A DNA stretch of 64,000 nt from Fimbriosthenelais zetlandica (lineage: Eukaryota). The DNA is taken from assembly GCA_977030845.1 (NCBI GenBank), contig OZ365115.1:15934001-15998000 (forward strand), given 5' to 3'. This document shows, piece after piece, positions 23,840 through 38,248 of this stretch. The notes under the pieces are model-generated. The model worked only from the letters and a program-made list of their open reading frames with translations, made no database searches and had not been told where the DNA came from. The position numbers and the translations under genes were made by a program. Position 1 is the stretch's first letter; every line of letters starts with the position of its first letter.

Positions 23840-26800
23840 TATCTTTAATTATTTCTGAAAGAGAAAAGGAGGAAAAATCATACATTTGCCTCAAAATAAT
23901 AATTATAATCACTTACATATTAACAGTATTTGATCTGACAGCACATGTGTCAAAGGGTCACAACTGAGTCTGTACCAAATGTTTTAAAACTGATATTGTG
24001 ATGTCAGTTCCAGTTCCTTGTATGAACCATTCCAGTTGAGACTCTATTCTTCCCCACGCCGGCACTGGTTCCTCGTTTATACGTTCCACAAAACCATGGC
24101 ATAAATCTTAAATGAACTTCCAGGTTCCAGAGCCAATCACATCTATTAATTAATACCCTTATAGTCAGCCTGAAAGAACTATACCACGAAAAGACGAATA
24201 AAACTATACCTCGACCATTACCACAGCTCATGTTCCAAATGGAAAGTTCTATAGAAAGCATAAGTAATTATTACTAGAAATGACTTAAATGAGAGGGAAT
24301 TAATAAAGACTAACCTTCCGATTATGTTTGGTATAAAGTTCTATATAGTTATATTAAATCCAACCACATTCATTCAGTTAAATGCTCGATCAGTTAAATT
24401 GCAGTTAATCCTCAGAAACTTACAACGTATATATATATATATATAATATACTGGGAAAGGTATAAGTTATATCCACTCTTTCCACTCATTTTTGAAATGA
24501 GAAAAAAGGCCATCCTCCATACCAAGCAAAGGTTTTTTCCGTGCAATAAATCTTCACAATTGTCTCGTGGCTCTAAAACTACCCAAGCGTAATATTCTTT
24601 TTAGGTCACTCAAACTTTTTTGACATAGATCAAATTACTATGTATACCTTTAAAAATACACAAACAACTGCATTTAGAAAATTAATGTAACTGACCGTGC
24701 GCCAAGTGGTTCCTTTATGAACTACGATTAAAACCGCCTAAAAGTGTCATTCAACTCCCACTTCACCCCCGACCAAGAAACAAACTTAATTCACTAAAAA
24801 TTTTCTTATTGGCAAGACACTTTAAGTATAGTATTAAATAATGCAATAATAGCAATGAAATTTAAATTATGAAATTAAAATAATGAACAGCCTAACCTGG
24901 GACCCGTTTCAAAAGGAAAACTAGACAGGTCCCTAAAAACTACAATCAATACAAAATAACTGAAATAATGAAGTAATTGGAATACAGTGAATAATAGGAA
25001 TGAGTTCTATAAACTTACTGTCCTTCATTTCTCAATCACAGCGCCTGAATTAAACCTATGGAGATGGGTTATTATGAGGCAGTGGTCTTGACCCGGTACC
25101 TGCCACCACTGACTGCTCTGAGCAACTCTTCCTCCCCCACCTCTTGCTCACTCAATTTGCTGGTGAGAGCTGAGCAGGTTCTGTTTGAGGAACCCTTGGG
25201 CCTGCATGGGATATTGGCTGAGCGTGTATTGAAGGCTAACCGTATATACCACCGTCCAGCCTGCCAGCCTGACTCGAGCCTTTCATATATTAGACCTACC
25301 GTATTGATCAGAATAAGCACCAAGGGATGGTTTCATGAAATAAAACCCTCAATAAAAATGGAATCAATCATACTATACTTTGCTCCCCTCTCCAATCCGC
25401 TCACCTCTTAAACCGACCACCCACTTAAACCGACCATATTTGTCTGGTCCAATTTTCCTTCTAATTTAGGCCTATAATAATATGTTTAAATTATCCCCAA
25501 TAAAGCGACCATCAGACTCTGAGATCCTTCCAAAATTAAGGTGGAATACTGTACTTAGAAGGTAGAATTGCTACATTTTCTACAAACGCGGAAAATCATA
25601 ATCCTCCCCTTTCCCAATCATTATCAAATAATAGATGATATATTTTACACCTTTTCTGTGTGCTAATAATTATTTGAGCCTTTCAGTTTGATCTGAGACC
25701 ACAGATCTCTAGAAAATGTGGCATTCACGAATGAATAATATATATGTAACCGAGCGTTGATAGGCAACTTTACGGCTAACGTTACAAGTATTGCGTGAAT
25801 TATTTAATATTAATTAATGTTTCATTGGGTTGGGCCTACTAATTAGGAGGCTGGCGTCTGCACTATATACTAATACTACAGTAAGAGGACTAGTTTAGGG
25901 TTGGGGACACGGATAATTTTTACACAATTTATGTACCTACATACATGTTGCCAACTTGGGTGGTGGCCAAAAGAAAGAAAGACATGGAGGGAGATCGAAG
26001 GAGGGGAGGAGGGAGGAGAAGGGATGGGGAGGGAGGGAAGGAAGGGATGCATGGAGGTGGAGTGATTTGGAGGGAGGGAAGGATTCTCGGAGGGAGGGAA
26101 GGAAGGAGGGAGAGAAATAGCCTAGGGAATGAGGGAAGGTTGGGAGGAAGGAATGAAGGAAGGAGGAAGAGGAAGTGGGAGAGGTAGTCTGTAGTCTAGG
26201 TCTACATGTACTAATTTCCGTATTCATCTTTGACCCAGATTTAAGCACTTTACACTGAAGAGTTTTCAGGAAGTGTGAGGTCGACGGATAGATTATATGT
26301 ACTACTAGGGCGAGACTTCTCCACGACATTATGCAAATGAACCCCACACTTGACTATATCCTGATAAATCATTTACAAAATATCTACCAGGGGGCACCAC
26401 AACCCCCTTCACTGGTAGTCATTTCCTGAAACAATTTCCTTTAAAAAATGCTGCTCTTGGCTTAGAGTAAAATGATTTTAAATTTTACTCTAAATTCTTG
26501 GTTTCCAGGATATAATAAGTGCCTATGTGTATAGCACTAGTGCAAGTCTATAGCCTAAATGTCCACAGGTATAGGACATATATCTATATATCTCACTGCT
26601 TTATGACTGTGAGATACAGAGGGGGAATAGGTAGGAGGGTGGAGCAGGCCAGGATGGCAGGATATATACTCCAGTATAAAATGTTCTGGATATATTATAC
26701 AATTTTCTGGTTTCAAAGTACACTGTTTTATGATTTAGCAATAATAGTCATAATCGAATTTATTAAGGGAAATCAAACTATTCGGATATCCACAACCGAA

Positions 26801-27463
26801 TGGAACCATTTACGAGTGTGATTCACATTTCAATTACAATAGAAATGTAAGTTTCGCTCATAGTTCTGTCCTATTTAGGCCTGTATGGATTGTTGCCGGA
26901 CAAATCGATCAATGGACAAATTTCTCTTGAGAAATCTGACCATTGATTCAATGTAGAAGCACAGATATGATGTAATCAATTGTAACACCTTCACCCATGA
27001 TCATTGCATGATATTTACATAATTAATTTATTAATTTGGCCTAGCGAGCTCTTACATGAAGATAATTTGCCAAATACAGACATTGATTTAAACAAATAAA
27101 ACCACAAATATTCATTCTTTAAAGTATTTCCATTCATTGTTCATTATACAACATTCCTCAAACTAGGGGACCTATACATGTACAATAGAAAAAATATTCT
27201 CAAATTGAAAGTACTACTCCCTTTTCTTACACATTACATTATTAAGGGAACTCGGATGTCTTATATTTTCATGCTGGCTATGTTACTAAAAAAACGAAAC
27301 ATGACACGTAGGCCAACTAAACCAACTTCCATATTAATTTCCTTCTTCCTTATATCTAATGGCTCCTTCTACTCTAGAATATAAACATAAGGGGCCTAAT
27401 GTCAGGGGATGAAATTACGATAACCTTCGAAATAAAAAAAATCAAATTGAAACATATATCGAT

Positions 27464-27560
27464 GGGGAGGGAGTTAGCTCAGTTGGTTAGAGCGCCAGCT
27501 CATACAGTGTGATTGACCAATGATCGAAGGGTCGGCGGTTCAATCCCCTAAGCTGTCCAA
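27464..27560 (+). pseudogene. tRNA-derived relic or SINE head (Met/Ile-like with a canonical-position insert)
   Basis: A box TAGCTCAGTTGGTTAGAGC and B box GGTTCAATCC; CTCATA followed by a ~15-18-nt insert; acceptor and T stems do not pair properly. Confidence 0.6.
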
Positions 27561-28117
27561 GGCATTTCCTATGCCTCCCTCCTCAGGGTGTTGGTGTGTT
27601 GTACCTATGTTCTAGAGCACATGCACCTAGAAATATCCATTGCGCAGAAGGCAATGTAGATGTGCACGTAGACAAAGAGCCCCAGCTGAAAACCATACGT
27701 AAAACTTGAAACATCAAGAGTGTGAGCTGGCTGTATAAAAATTCTATAAAAAAAAAATGAATTTTTTTCAGAAGGGTCAAGTGGGTCTCATATAATAGGA
27801 TTATACGTATACACTTACACCCGATTTCCCTCAACTGTATTAATTTCACCAACTCTCAACATTTTCCTGCCGATTTCCCTAAACTCCATTAATTTCCTAT
27901 CCATCTGTCACATAAGTTATAATTATGTTATTAACCATTGTATATAATACAGTATGTCATACCTATCCTATCCATCTATCCATCCAACTCTATAATAGTC
28001 TGTTACATGTATCCATCCTTCCATCTATAACCATACATCAATCCAATAATGTAATCATCTATCCATCCACTCATCCCATATCTTTGTCGTTGTCCCACCC
28101 TCCCTCCCCATCCCTCT

Positions 28118-28177
<60 letters not shown>

Positions 28178-31100
28178 GCTTATGTGAATGATATCATTTT
28201 AGCTGCCACATAAAAAGTGGATGTATATGCATGTATATACTATATATACACAGATAAATGGATACATGTTAATCCATACAATAGTCCCATAAACGGTCGT
28301 TTTTACCATGTAAAGAATTCCCGGACCTCGGAACCAGACAAATAAATTATTTGACACCCGGATACCAAACTGCAATGTCAGCTATACATATTTACCATTT
28401 ACGTAATGCAGATCAAGCGTCCCTGTTATCTACGCCGCTGCATGGCCAAAAATGTGCAATGCCTGACTTTTCCATAAGTGTTTTAAATGAAACATTTTAT
28501 TTAAAGTGTGAAATTTTTCTTCAATCCTGTCATAAAATGCTGATATATGCTTGATTTTTCCCGCCAATTTTGTGAAAGCTAAAAGGCACAACTGATTTTC
28601 ACTGATGAAAATATGAATGCCAGGCATACATCTGTTTATTCATTGTCTGAAAATATTCATATAATAATTTACTCATATACTACATGTTAATTAATAACTT
28701 TTGAGATTACCAATTTCATAAGGCATCTACTTGTACATGTATGTACATGTATTGCATAAAAGAGTTATTTATCACCTGCTTATCTAGCACGAATGCCACA
28801 ATGTCCATCTTGAATTCATTTCTGAATACATTCAGCTTCACAGAATGGCAAATATAGCACTTGTCTTCTTGGAAGGGAAGTATAATTTAAACCCCACAAA
28901 AAACTAAGCTGACCTGACGAGTGGACCACTTATCAAGCCCATGGTGCGGGTAGACCTATGTATGTATACCCATCCCTCTGAAATGAAACTACAATCGGCC
29001 ATGTAGTTTAGTCTGGCTTCAATCATAAGTGCCCAGAAACTAGCTTGGCATTCGCATAACTATCTGGCTACGTAGGATGATTTATGCTAGATAGTAAGAA
29101 ACTTAATAACATGTAAATAGCTATAAAGGTCTCATAGTCTCAAAATCATGCAGCTATCCCAATTAATGTGTCGTTAATTGATGAAAATGCAAAAGAATGT
29201 AGGCTAGTCGTAATTGTCAGAAATACCCAGAATTTTACAAGAAATGTTTAGTGTCCAGAAAGATTATTTGTTTATTCAAAGGGATTAACTTCCATTAATT
29301 ACTTTTTCGTATAGCAAGGTAGGCCTAATGAGACGAGTTTGGGAAACAAACAAAAAGAATATAATATCCTTCTACAAACAAGTACATCCTCAGTACTCCC
29401 TCATGTATTTTTGCAATGGTCTTGTTGCCCAAGATTAGGCATATATTTCTATTGCAAAGAAACATTGCACTATTAATGTAGGCCTATATTCAGCTAACAC
29501 CTTCCGTGTTAATTAGCAGGCTGATTCCAAATGTCAGATTATAGGTCCATTACAATTATTAAGCACTTTGTAAGAAAATCGTTCATTAATAAAATATTTG
29601 AACGAAAATATTTACATGAAATATAAGAATGACGTTAATAGATATGGATTACTGTGTTCAGTGCATGAGTAGACTATTTTGGGCAAAAATCCCAAAGTAA
29701 ATAATCCTTAATGTTTCCCCTTTCTTTGAAAGTCCCTTTTCTGTCTAAATAATAGTATTTTTTAAAGGGGTAGCTCCTTGGTATGTTAAAAAGGGGCGGA
29801 ACAGCAAAATTTCCCAATAACAACTTTATTTTGAGAGCGAATTCCATGAAGGAATCCTTTGCGGACATTATAAACATGCTGCCCTCATATTTCACAGGGC
29901 TCTACAGTGAAATGAAGTATGGAGGGAGGAGGGGGTAACACCATGGCTCTTAAAGATACCTCCCCTATGACCTAAGGGTTATTTTTAAAAATCAAAGAAT
30001 CGACCCTTAGTTCAAAGGCTTTCAATTTCAAGTGAGATTGACGAGCCTCTTCGAGCCGTCTGACTGCATAGAGAAGGGAGTGGATCTTTTTCATGAAAAA
30101 ACAAGTGCCCGAAAAATCATTGATTATTATAAATACTCCTTGATGATTATGGATTATTATTAATTTAATATATCTCCTATAAGTCAAAAACTATATTATA
30201 ATGTACAATTATTCTTTGTTTTTATCATTACAATATTCCAATGGCTAAGACTAGGGTTTTTTAATACTGTCAACCAGATAGAAGTTAACTTATTTTGAGA
30301 TATTGACCGAGGGGGTATATAGGTGTAAAAAAAAATTTCCTTTCTTTTACAGAGTGAAGAAAGAGTAGGCCTAGGAAAAGTAGGCATTGGTGGGTGCCAT
30401 ACGCTTCGCATCTCCTCTACAGTCCACCTCTCTTCGGGACGGTTTCGGCATAATACCAGTCAATCTTCAACTTTTCACCTTACACAGTGTAACTTACAGG
30501 TAAGTTTCAGTTAACTGTATTATTAATATTAAGTTAAAACGATCATAATCAGTTTTCTGATGTATAGCCCTAACTTTTCTCTTTTGCGGCTGGGAAAAGT
30601 TGTGGCTAATCCAAAACTGTTTGCGGCTAATATATTTTGGAATCTCAGCGCACACCAAGACATTTGTTAACATATATATATATACAGTAGGCCTATACAA
30701 AAGACAAAAGAGATAAAGGTAAAGAGGTAAATTTATGCGTTACTCGCCAATAAAAAGAGCCAATTAGTGTGTTCACTTTACAATTTACATACAGTGTGCT
30801 CATTTCCTAATGACAAAGAAACTGGTTTTGGTATTACCTCTCTAAAGCAAAAAATAGTAGTATTTAAAAGGCTTTGGGCGGAAGGATGTCTCCACCCTGA
30901 CGTCCATTCAGGGACACACCCCACTACCCAGACCTGCCGTCGGTCAGTTCTATCTATTTACTCTGACTGTAAATTCCACACAAACGAAGCTCAAGAAGTA
31001 CAGTGCTGAGATCTTGGGTCACATAGTTGATTTTTCTTCTTTGGTAAAATCAAAAACAAGGGCTTTGAAAAGGTGACAGGTACTGTACATAGACGGTTGT

Positions 31101-32479
31101 ATATAATCTAGCCAAGGGCGGGCCCAGGGTCGTACTCAAGGCTGTATATTTTTCTTCCCAATTCGGCAGCTCAAACACGAACAATGACAGTATTAAAAAA
31201 AATAGAATAGAACTTCGGTTTAGTGAAAAAGGTGAATAAAAGTGTTCACTACACAGACGTGTTCCATAATCAAAAGTAACTGTGTGCACTACAAAATATA
31301 CATATGAAATTTAAACTTCTATCTGTTTTCATGACTAATTATAGGTATACTTTCAAAATCAATTTCATATTCTAGGACCTCAGTGCATGGAGTTATGTTA
31401 TTCTAATTATACCAGAAGTGACTTACCTTTTGGAGACATGAAAACCACTGACAGAAAGCCAGATATAACGCGTCTTTCATATAGCCACCTGGCACAACAT
31501 TTATTATTTATGAACTCATATATTTTACCCGGTACAGTACGCCACCTGTTGGATTTATGATAAACTACAACACACCTGGATCACACTCACAGCTCCCCTC
31601 TTTTTTCCCCAACATTCATAGTGCTCAATCGCTCCATTTTCCTATAATAATTCTGTATTAAATACTTAATATACTTTCTACCGGACGATAGCGTGCTCAG
31701 GAACTCAAGTACTAGAATCAACCATAAAATGTCAAAAATGTGCAAATAATCTAATATATTGAAATTCCACTCAGTATGCATAATTTAATGCATGATAGGT
31801 ACACCTGACAACACATCTTTATATACCTGGCCCTAGCTATGGATAATCCATACAGGAAAAATACATGCAGCTTTCTATGTAAGCCTACCGGTCATAGAAT
31901 TATTATTGAATATTATGTGTACACTTAACAATTTTAAGAAACAAAACAATTAGTGTGACACGAAAATATAACAGTTTCAATTTATTTTTAAATGTTGCAC
32001 TTTATACCAATAATATGTTTGTTCTCTATATATAAAAGTGTATAAAATTAAATACTTACATGCAAGAGATGCTATATATGAGACAGTGATGCTTTTGATC
32101 TACCTATAGCCGGTGGCCTTGGTTTAGGTAGCTGTTCTTCTTATAAGCGTACTCCAATTGATACAGTGACATGGAGAGGAGAGCCAGACCGACTAACAAG
32201 TTACATGTATCAGAGAAGAGACAACACTACTCTTACTCCATGAAAACTGTTGTGATTTGGCTCAGTGTTCGGGCGGGAGTATGGGGTCGCTCTTTCTGGG
32301 GAGGGAGGGAGGGAGGGAGGGAGGGAGGGGATTCAATGGGAGGGTGGGAGTCTCTGGGGGAGGGAGTATAAGGCAGAGGGTGCTGTGGTGGCGGCGGTGT
32401 CGTGGTGGTGGTGGTGGGGGGGGGGGGGGGGGTGTGAGGTGAGGAGGGCATAGTAGGATTATTTTACAGTAAAACCTCC

Positions 32480-32720
32480 AATAATGGACGTCACTGACAC
32501 GCAACACAGCTCAAAACATTTAACCTTTTCTTTCTCATTCCGCGAACTGTTCATTATACAGAGGTTTTACTGTATTTTAGCATCGGGAAATCATTAGTGG
32601 AGGGGGGAAAACCCCTCATGTTCTTGCTCATTTTTGATTGGCTGATCTCGCTGAGGCGTTTCATGATTGGTTCACGTGATCTCTCCTGGACACGCGCCAA
32701 GAAAACGGAGCAGACGACAG
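32480..32720 (-). promoter_or_regulatory. Candidate ETS-A promoter region
   Basis: Two TGATTGG (CCAAT) boxes, a CACGTG E-box and an ACGTCA half-CRE; minus-strand gtaagt donors downstream (~32059, 31426) suggest 5'UTR exons, e.g. 31427-31488. Confidence 0.4.
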
Positions 32721-33905
32721 TCGACTTAAGATTATGATTTTGTACAGTGCCTAGTCTAAGAGAGATAAGCTTGACTGCTTGAGACAGCCGTATAGTAGAC
32801 GTCAGATGTGGGTGTAGAAAGCAACCTTTGCACGAGTTATATATTATTTTTTCATCGATCTGAACAAACAATTCCAGGAACACTAAGCGAACAGTAGTTC
32901 ACTAAGCCAATAGTGGTTCACTAAGTGAATTTATAGATTTATAGTGGTTGCCTTTCGTTTTTTAATGAACCAAAATGACCCAAATACAATGTAATGCAAT
33001 ATCATCATAAGTGTCCCATTGATGGTGAAGAAATGCGCAATGGGAAGCAGTGGAGTTGGGGGCATTGCGCTTCAAGCATGAGCGGGAATCTCTCTATAGT
33101 CACTGGGGCTTTTCCAATGACGAAAATTCTTTTTTTAGAACATTACTCTCTGCCCTATATCTATATGTCCACGGCCGACATGGATAAAGTGTATACACCT
33201 ACCACATACCCACGTTTAGGTGCTCTGGAGTTTTCCTCCAAACAAGTTGCTCCAAACATTATGAATTTAATAATTATAATCAAATTAAACATATAACCAA
33301 TTAGAACTAAGAGATACACAAAATTAAAATGTTTTTAATACATATCGACGGAGATTTTTTTGTTCGAAACCGGTGATAAAATGTGTCTATACGGCAGGAG
33401 TAAATAGTGGAACCGAGAGCTGGGAAAGTCCCGAATCCCAGCCAGCCAATCCGAGGAGACGTTAGTCAGTTATATCTACAACCAATGGGAACTGGCTTTA
33501 TAAACTTGCGAGGAATGTCTGTGGGCACTCCCAGATGTAAAATCGACATGAAAAGGGTGAAAACATACCCCGGGAGCTGAGAGGTGGGAGTTGGGGGGTG
33601 GGGCGGACTGGTGAGAATGGCGTAAAGTACATAGGTTATTGGGTCACAAATTAAGTGGAGTAGGGTAGGTCGGGTTGTGCAAAGCAGAGTAGGTAGCTAT
33701 AGAACCATATAGCTTACGGATAAATAAAAACATTTAAAAAAACCCACCCAAACAGAAAGATTTATATAGGCTTAAACCTATAAAACAAAATATTAAAATG
33801 ACGAATGTATATAAGAGGATGGGGCTAGGTGCATTATGATTCTGAAGGTCATTTCAAGGTCATTCATTGTTAAAAACGGCCTTTTCAACACATTCTGACT
33901 AAGTC

Positions 33906-34232
33906 CTGGTCGATTAGGAGCTATATCTCCCTCCACTACCTGTCACAATTGATCTAAGTTAATGGATATTTTACTGTCTGACTTGGTCGATTAGTGGCTA
34001 TCTCCCTCCACTACCTGTCATATAATTGATCTAAGGTAGTGGATATTTTACTGTCTGACTTGGTCGATTAGTGGCTATCTCCCTCCACTACCTGTCATAA
34101 TTGATCTAAGGTAGTGGATAGTTTACTTTCTCACTTGGTCGATTAGTGGCTATCTCCCTCCACTACCTGTCATAATTGATCTATAGAAGGGAGTGGATAT
34201 TTTACTTTCTCACTTGGTCGATTAGGCGCTAT
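33906..34232. repeat. ~75-79-bp tandem repeat, about 4.3 copies
   Basis: acttggtcgattagtggctatctccctccactacctgtcataattgatct... with anchors at 33981, 34058, 34133 and 34212. Confidence 0.9.
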
Positions 34233-36804
34233 CTCGCCACATGGCATTTGGCCTCGCAAATGCGAGTGTGACGAGCTTTTTGTCAGTCGCACAATATTTT
34301 CGCCCTCTCCTGAACAGGTTTTATTAAAGTATCCACGACTTCAATTCGTCCTAGATCGAGATCCATCCCCTCCATTGATAAAATCATATCAGACCGGAGC
34401 AAAATCACAGATAAGGAAATTGAACATTTGAACATTAAACAATACTTTCCACTTAGGCACCCAACATAATATTGATCAAGGTAAAACAATAAGTTACCAA
34501 AATACCCCAAGTCGTAGGACTATATAGATAGCTCTTATCGGGATTCAATTTAGTGGAAATGAATCGATCATTCCGTTGCATAAGATGGAAGCGCATAGTT
34601 CATTCGTCTACACAATTTTTAAGTGTTTTACCATTATTTTAACCTTGTAATAAAGAGGTGTCACAACCGGGAGTCAAGAATTAAACTAAAGTCTCTCACC
34701 TTGCCAATTTGCATCCCCCAACACCCCACCCCACAAAAAAAATAATTCCCAAAATCTCAGCTGATTCAATGTTTGACATCGCAAATATTTGCATGGGGTC
34801 AAAATTTTGAGGTCAACATTTGTTACCTTATCAATACAATCTTATCTAATTTAAAACCTTTATAGTTGATATCAACTGGCAGTAGAGGAAACACACCCTT
34901 GTCATAGTGACGCCAAGAACATGTAGGCTATAAATAGATATATGTGATTGGAACACTTGTAACAGCCGTTGTGGGAAACCATAACTACCATTAATGTTAC
35001 AGCCATTGTACGTGAACTGACAAAGGGAGAACTCTGCTAAATGGCCCTTCTCTCATTCATATTTTAATGACTAATTCTTTGTAATATTAAGTAATTAAAA
35101 TCTATCGATTAATTAGTCAAGTAGTAGAACCAATTAACTAATCAATTTGCAGTAATCATAATAACTACAAATAATATACCAATGCACTGGACCATTTTAT
35201 GCTATGCCAACATGATAGAATGTTTTAGAAGATGTCTATAGTATCATGAGAAAGCCCCAGATCTCAAGGTGCATGGTCATTTCCAGTGGGTCTCCTATAT
35301 AGGGTAAGGTTTAACCCTATAATGATTAGGGTTATGCCATTGGGATAGGGGACTCCATTGAACGGCAAGACCATTGCAGCTTTTGCGGCTAAATGTTGCG
35401 GTTCTACTGTTCTGCGGTTCTTGCGGTCATTGTGGCTGGTCTCTTCCATTAGAAATTCAAGGGCCGCAAGGACCTGCAGTCTCCATGGCTGCACTTGAGG
35501 CAGATGCGACTATTGTGACAGTTGTGGGTGAAAATTACGGCCGTCGAGGCCAGATAATTGTAACGCTCTCAAATAAAAAAAACAATCCAGTGTATAGCTA
35601 CCTCATTAACTGAGTCCAGACCCGCTACATTAGTTTGAAAAAAAGCCACAAGAAAAACCGAACTATATATGATACATATACTTGTTGCTTGCGTTTGGCA
35701 ACCACCTCCTGAATAAATTATATAGTAACTGAATGACTTCTGAATGTAGGACTAATGCAATAATCGGGACATAAACGATATGTCATATTGCGTATAGTTT
35801 TGGGTCGATAAATTCCCCAACTTCACGTTGCATGCACCAGTTACTTTACTTACTTGCATGCATAGTTTCGGTTTGTGAATTTCAGACTTATACCTTGGCC
35901 CCATGTAAATGGAACTTTTTCCCAACCAATTTTGCCATGTGTATTTTCTGGCGTCTTTAACCTATGGTTATTGCCTCATTGGTGTATTTTTAAAGTACAT
36001 TAAATTTAATGCTGTTAGGCCCATACAATTATTGCACCTTAAGATCCAAGTTGTAGCCTGCAGCGATCAGTTACTAGTTTTAATTAACTATTTTGAAATT
36101 AATATTCTCACCCTAAATATTTCGAACTATCATTATGATCTTCTTATCTATAAACTTGGGCTGCTCTCTGTTCATGAATTCGTTTCAATATTTATTATTT
36201 GTTTCCTTTTTTAGGTAGGTCTATTACTCGATCATAGAATGCCAGGACTGGCAAAATGAAAGTAGAGCATAATTATGCCATAACCATAAGCATTGTGTTA
36301 TGACAATCATGTAGTCTGCTCATTCATACCTGAACATGTATGTATTACCTTCTTATTAAATCTTAACTTATCCTATTCACACTGGATACATAACTAGTCC
36401 TTAAGCACCCCTAATTTTACAGGTCCCATGCCTCTGCTCCACAGATTTGCAGATTTGTATGTTTCTAGAAAGTATAAAAATCGGAGCATGATTTTAGCCC
36501 TCGCGACAGCTCCCCACCCACCCAGCTCCCTTGTTACAAATCAACCATAACTTAATGTCAACTGATATTAATGCTTTTTATTTGAATTCATGCTCTTTGC
36601 GATGGCAACTCGGATGTACATGATTCATAGCCTACATGCATATATATAGGGCCTATACATTCATGTAGTACATACACAATAACATCTTTGTCTTGTCTCG
36701 AACAAGCATTCAATTTGTGGAAATCATAGGTAGCAAATTAATTGACCAGTCCGTAGCTTACAATATTTACAATTATTATCTGAATTTCGACCATTTGTTC
36801 ACAA

Positions 36805-37483
36805 TCAGAGAACCTCTCTTGTATCTGCGAGAATATCAGATAATTGTGGGATCACATTCCCAGTCTGCTGCTCTCTTACAGTTTGTTCAGCCATATTGAA
36901 ATCACAGTCATCCAACCCAGGGCTGGCTCTGGCAAATGCTGCGGCCATTTCCACTGACAGCGTGACGTCATAATCAGGTGACGTCATGTTTCCAGCTTCC
37001 TCATCCAACATGGGCTGATCATACTCATAATGACTGTAGTCTATGTATGTGTTAGTTAAATCGTTAAATGTTTCGTTACTTATAGTCCATTCAATTCCAT
37101 CGTTAATGTTAGTTTCATGAGCACATTCAGCGTTGAAGACCTCCAATTCCACTTGACCAGTTCTTTGTTCAGAGTCTGGCATCTGTTTTGACATTTCTGA
37201 ATCAATACTTTCAGCGACTCCCAATGTTTGTGCCATTGTCATTTCCTGTGAATTTGATTGTTTTTGTTCTCCCCTTTCTCCCCCTGACACTGATGACGTG
37301 GTTTTTTGTCGCGATTCTTTTAAATAGGGAATAGAAGTTTCTGAGGAACTGAATTCTTCTTCCTCCTTTAGAATAGTTTTGGACTTTTTAACCTTTTGCC
37401 ACCATCCTCGTGCATTAGGTCCGAATTGGTACACAAGCCGACGACCAGGAACCCGTAATATGACTCTACCCTTATAATAATGC
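36805..37483 (-). CDS. ETS-B terminal exon: ETS wing plus long acidic C-terminal tail
   Basis: Acceptor cattattccag, phase 2; (R)HYYKGRVILRVPGRRLVYQFGPNARGWW followed by ~200 Ser/Glu/Asp-rich residues to TGA at 36805. Confidence 0.92.
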
Positions 37484-38212
37484 CTGGAATAATGAAAAAA
37501 AGATGTCATTAGAACAAATGCCATAGACTTACATATTATTAAGATTGTTAATGGTTGTTCTGAAACAGGCCCAAGGTCGTGGACCATAGACTTAGAAAAG
37601 AAGATATAATACTTTAACACCTTAATACTTTATTTTTTACTTTTGTCCCCCTTTACTCAACCCCTCTCCATCAACTATTAAATATATTCTTATTATAGTT
37701 TTCATGAATGTGATTTCTATTAATTGAAAATACTTGACTCAATCACAACTATGCAGGGCACCTGAGATAGCATAACATAATTATGCGATTGTGCCCCGGG
37801 GATTTTGCCCTATACAGTTATGTTTAGATAACCAACTTGCATGAAAGCAATATATTAAATATAAAGGTAAAAACAAACCTGATTGCTCTGCTCATGTGCT
37901 CATAAGACATGTCATAGTGACCTCTCCGCTGACCCCAGAGACAGGCTGCCGCTCGTGAGTCAGTGAAGGTGAAAATGCCTTGTCTGACGTCCAGCCATTT
38001 AACCATGGTGGGATTATACTGAGGGTCACACAGCAGACTGAGGAGGAACTCCCATAACTTCCGTCCATTCCCTGAAAAAATACAACATAAACCTTATGAG
38101 TGAATGGCTAATCGCAGGTGAAATTAAATAGGAAGCATCGATTAATGAAATAGCGTATCAGCTGATAATAATGCAACTGAAATAATAATGACATGAACTG
38201 ACGAGCCAACAC

Positions 38213-38248
<36 letters not shown>

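Noticed and set aside
25058-25411. Overlapping ORFs on both strands in a GC-richer patch
   Set aside because: No recognisable homology, and the in-frame stop before the ETS-A ATG argues against an upstream coding exon; left unassigned.
27464-27560. Functional tRNA-Met gene
   Set aside because: Acceptor and T stems fail to pair; retained only as a relic.
32171-32507. Gly/Pro-rich ORFs (similar ones at 6098-6436, 18871, 25937-26347, 50718, 61020-61300)
   Set aside because: Products of G/C runs and GA/GGAA microsatellites.
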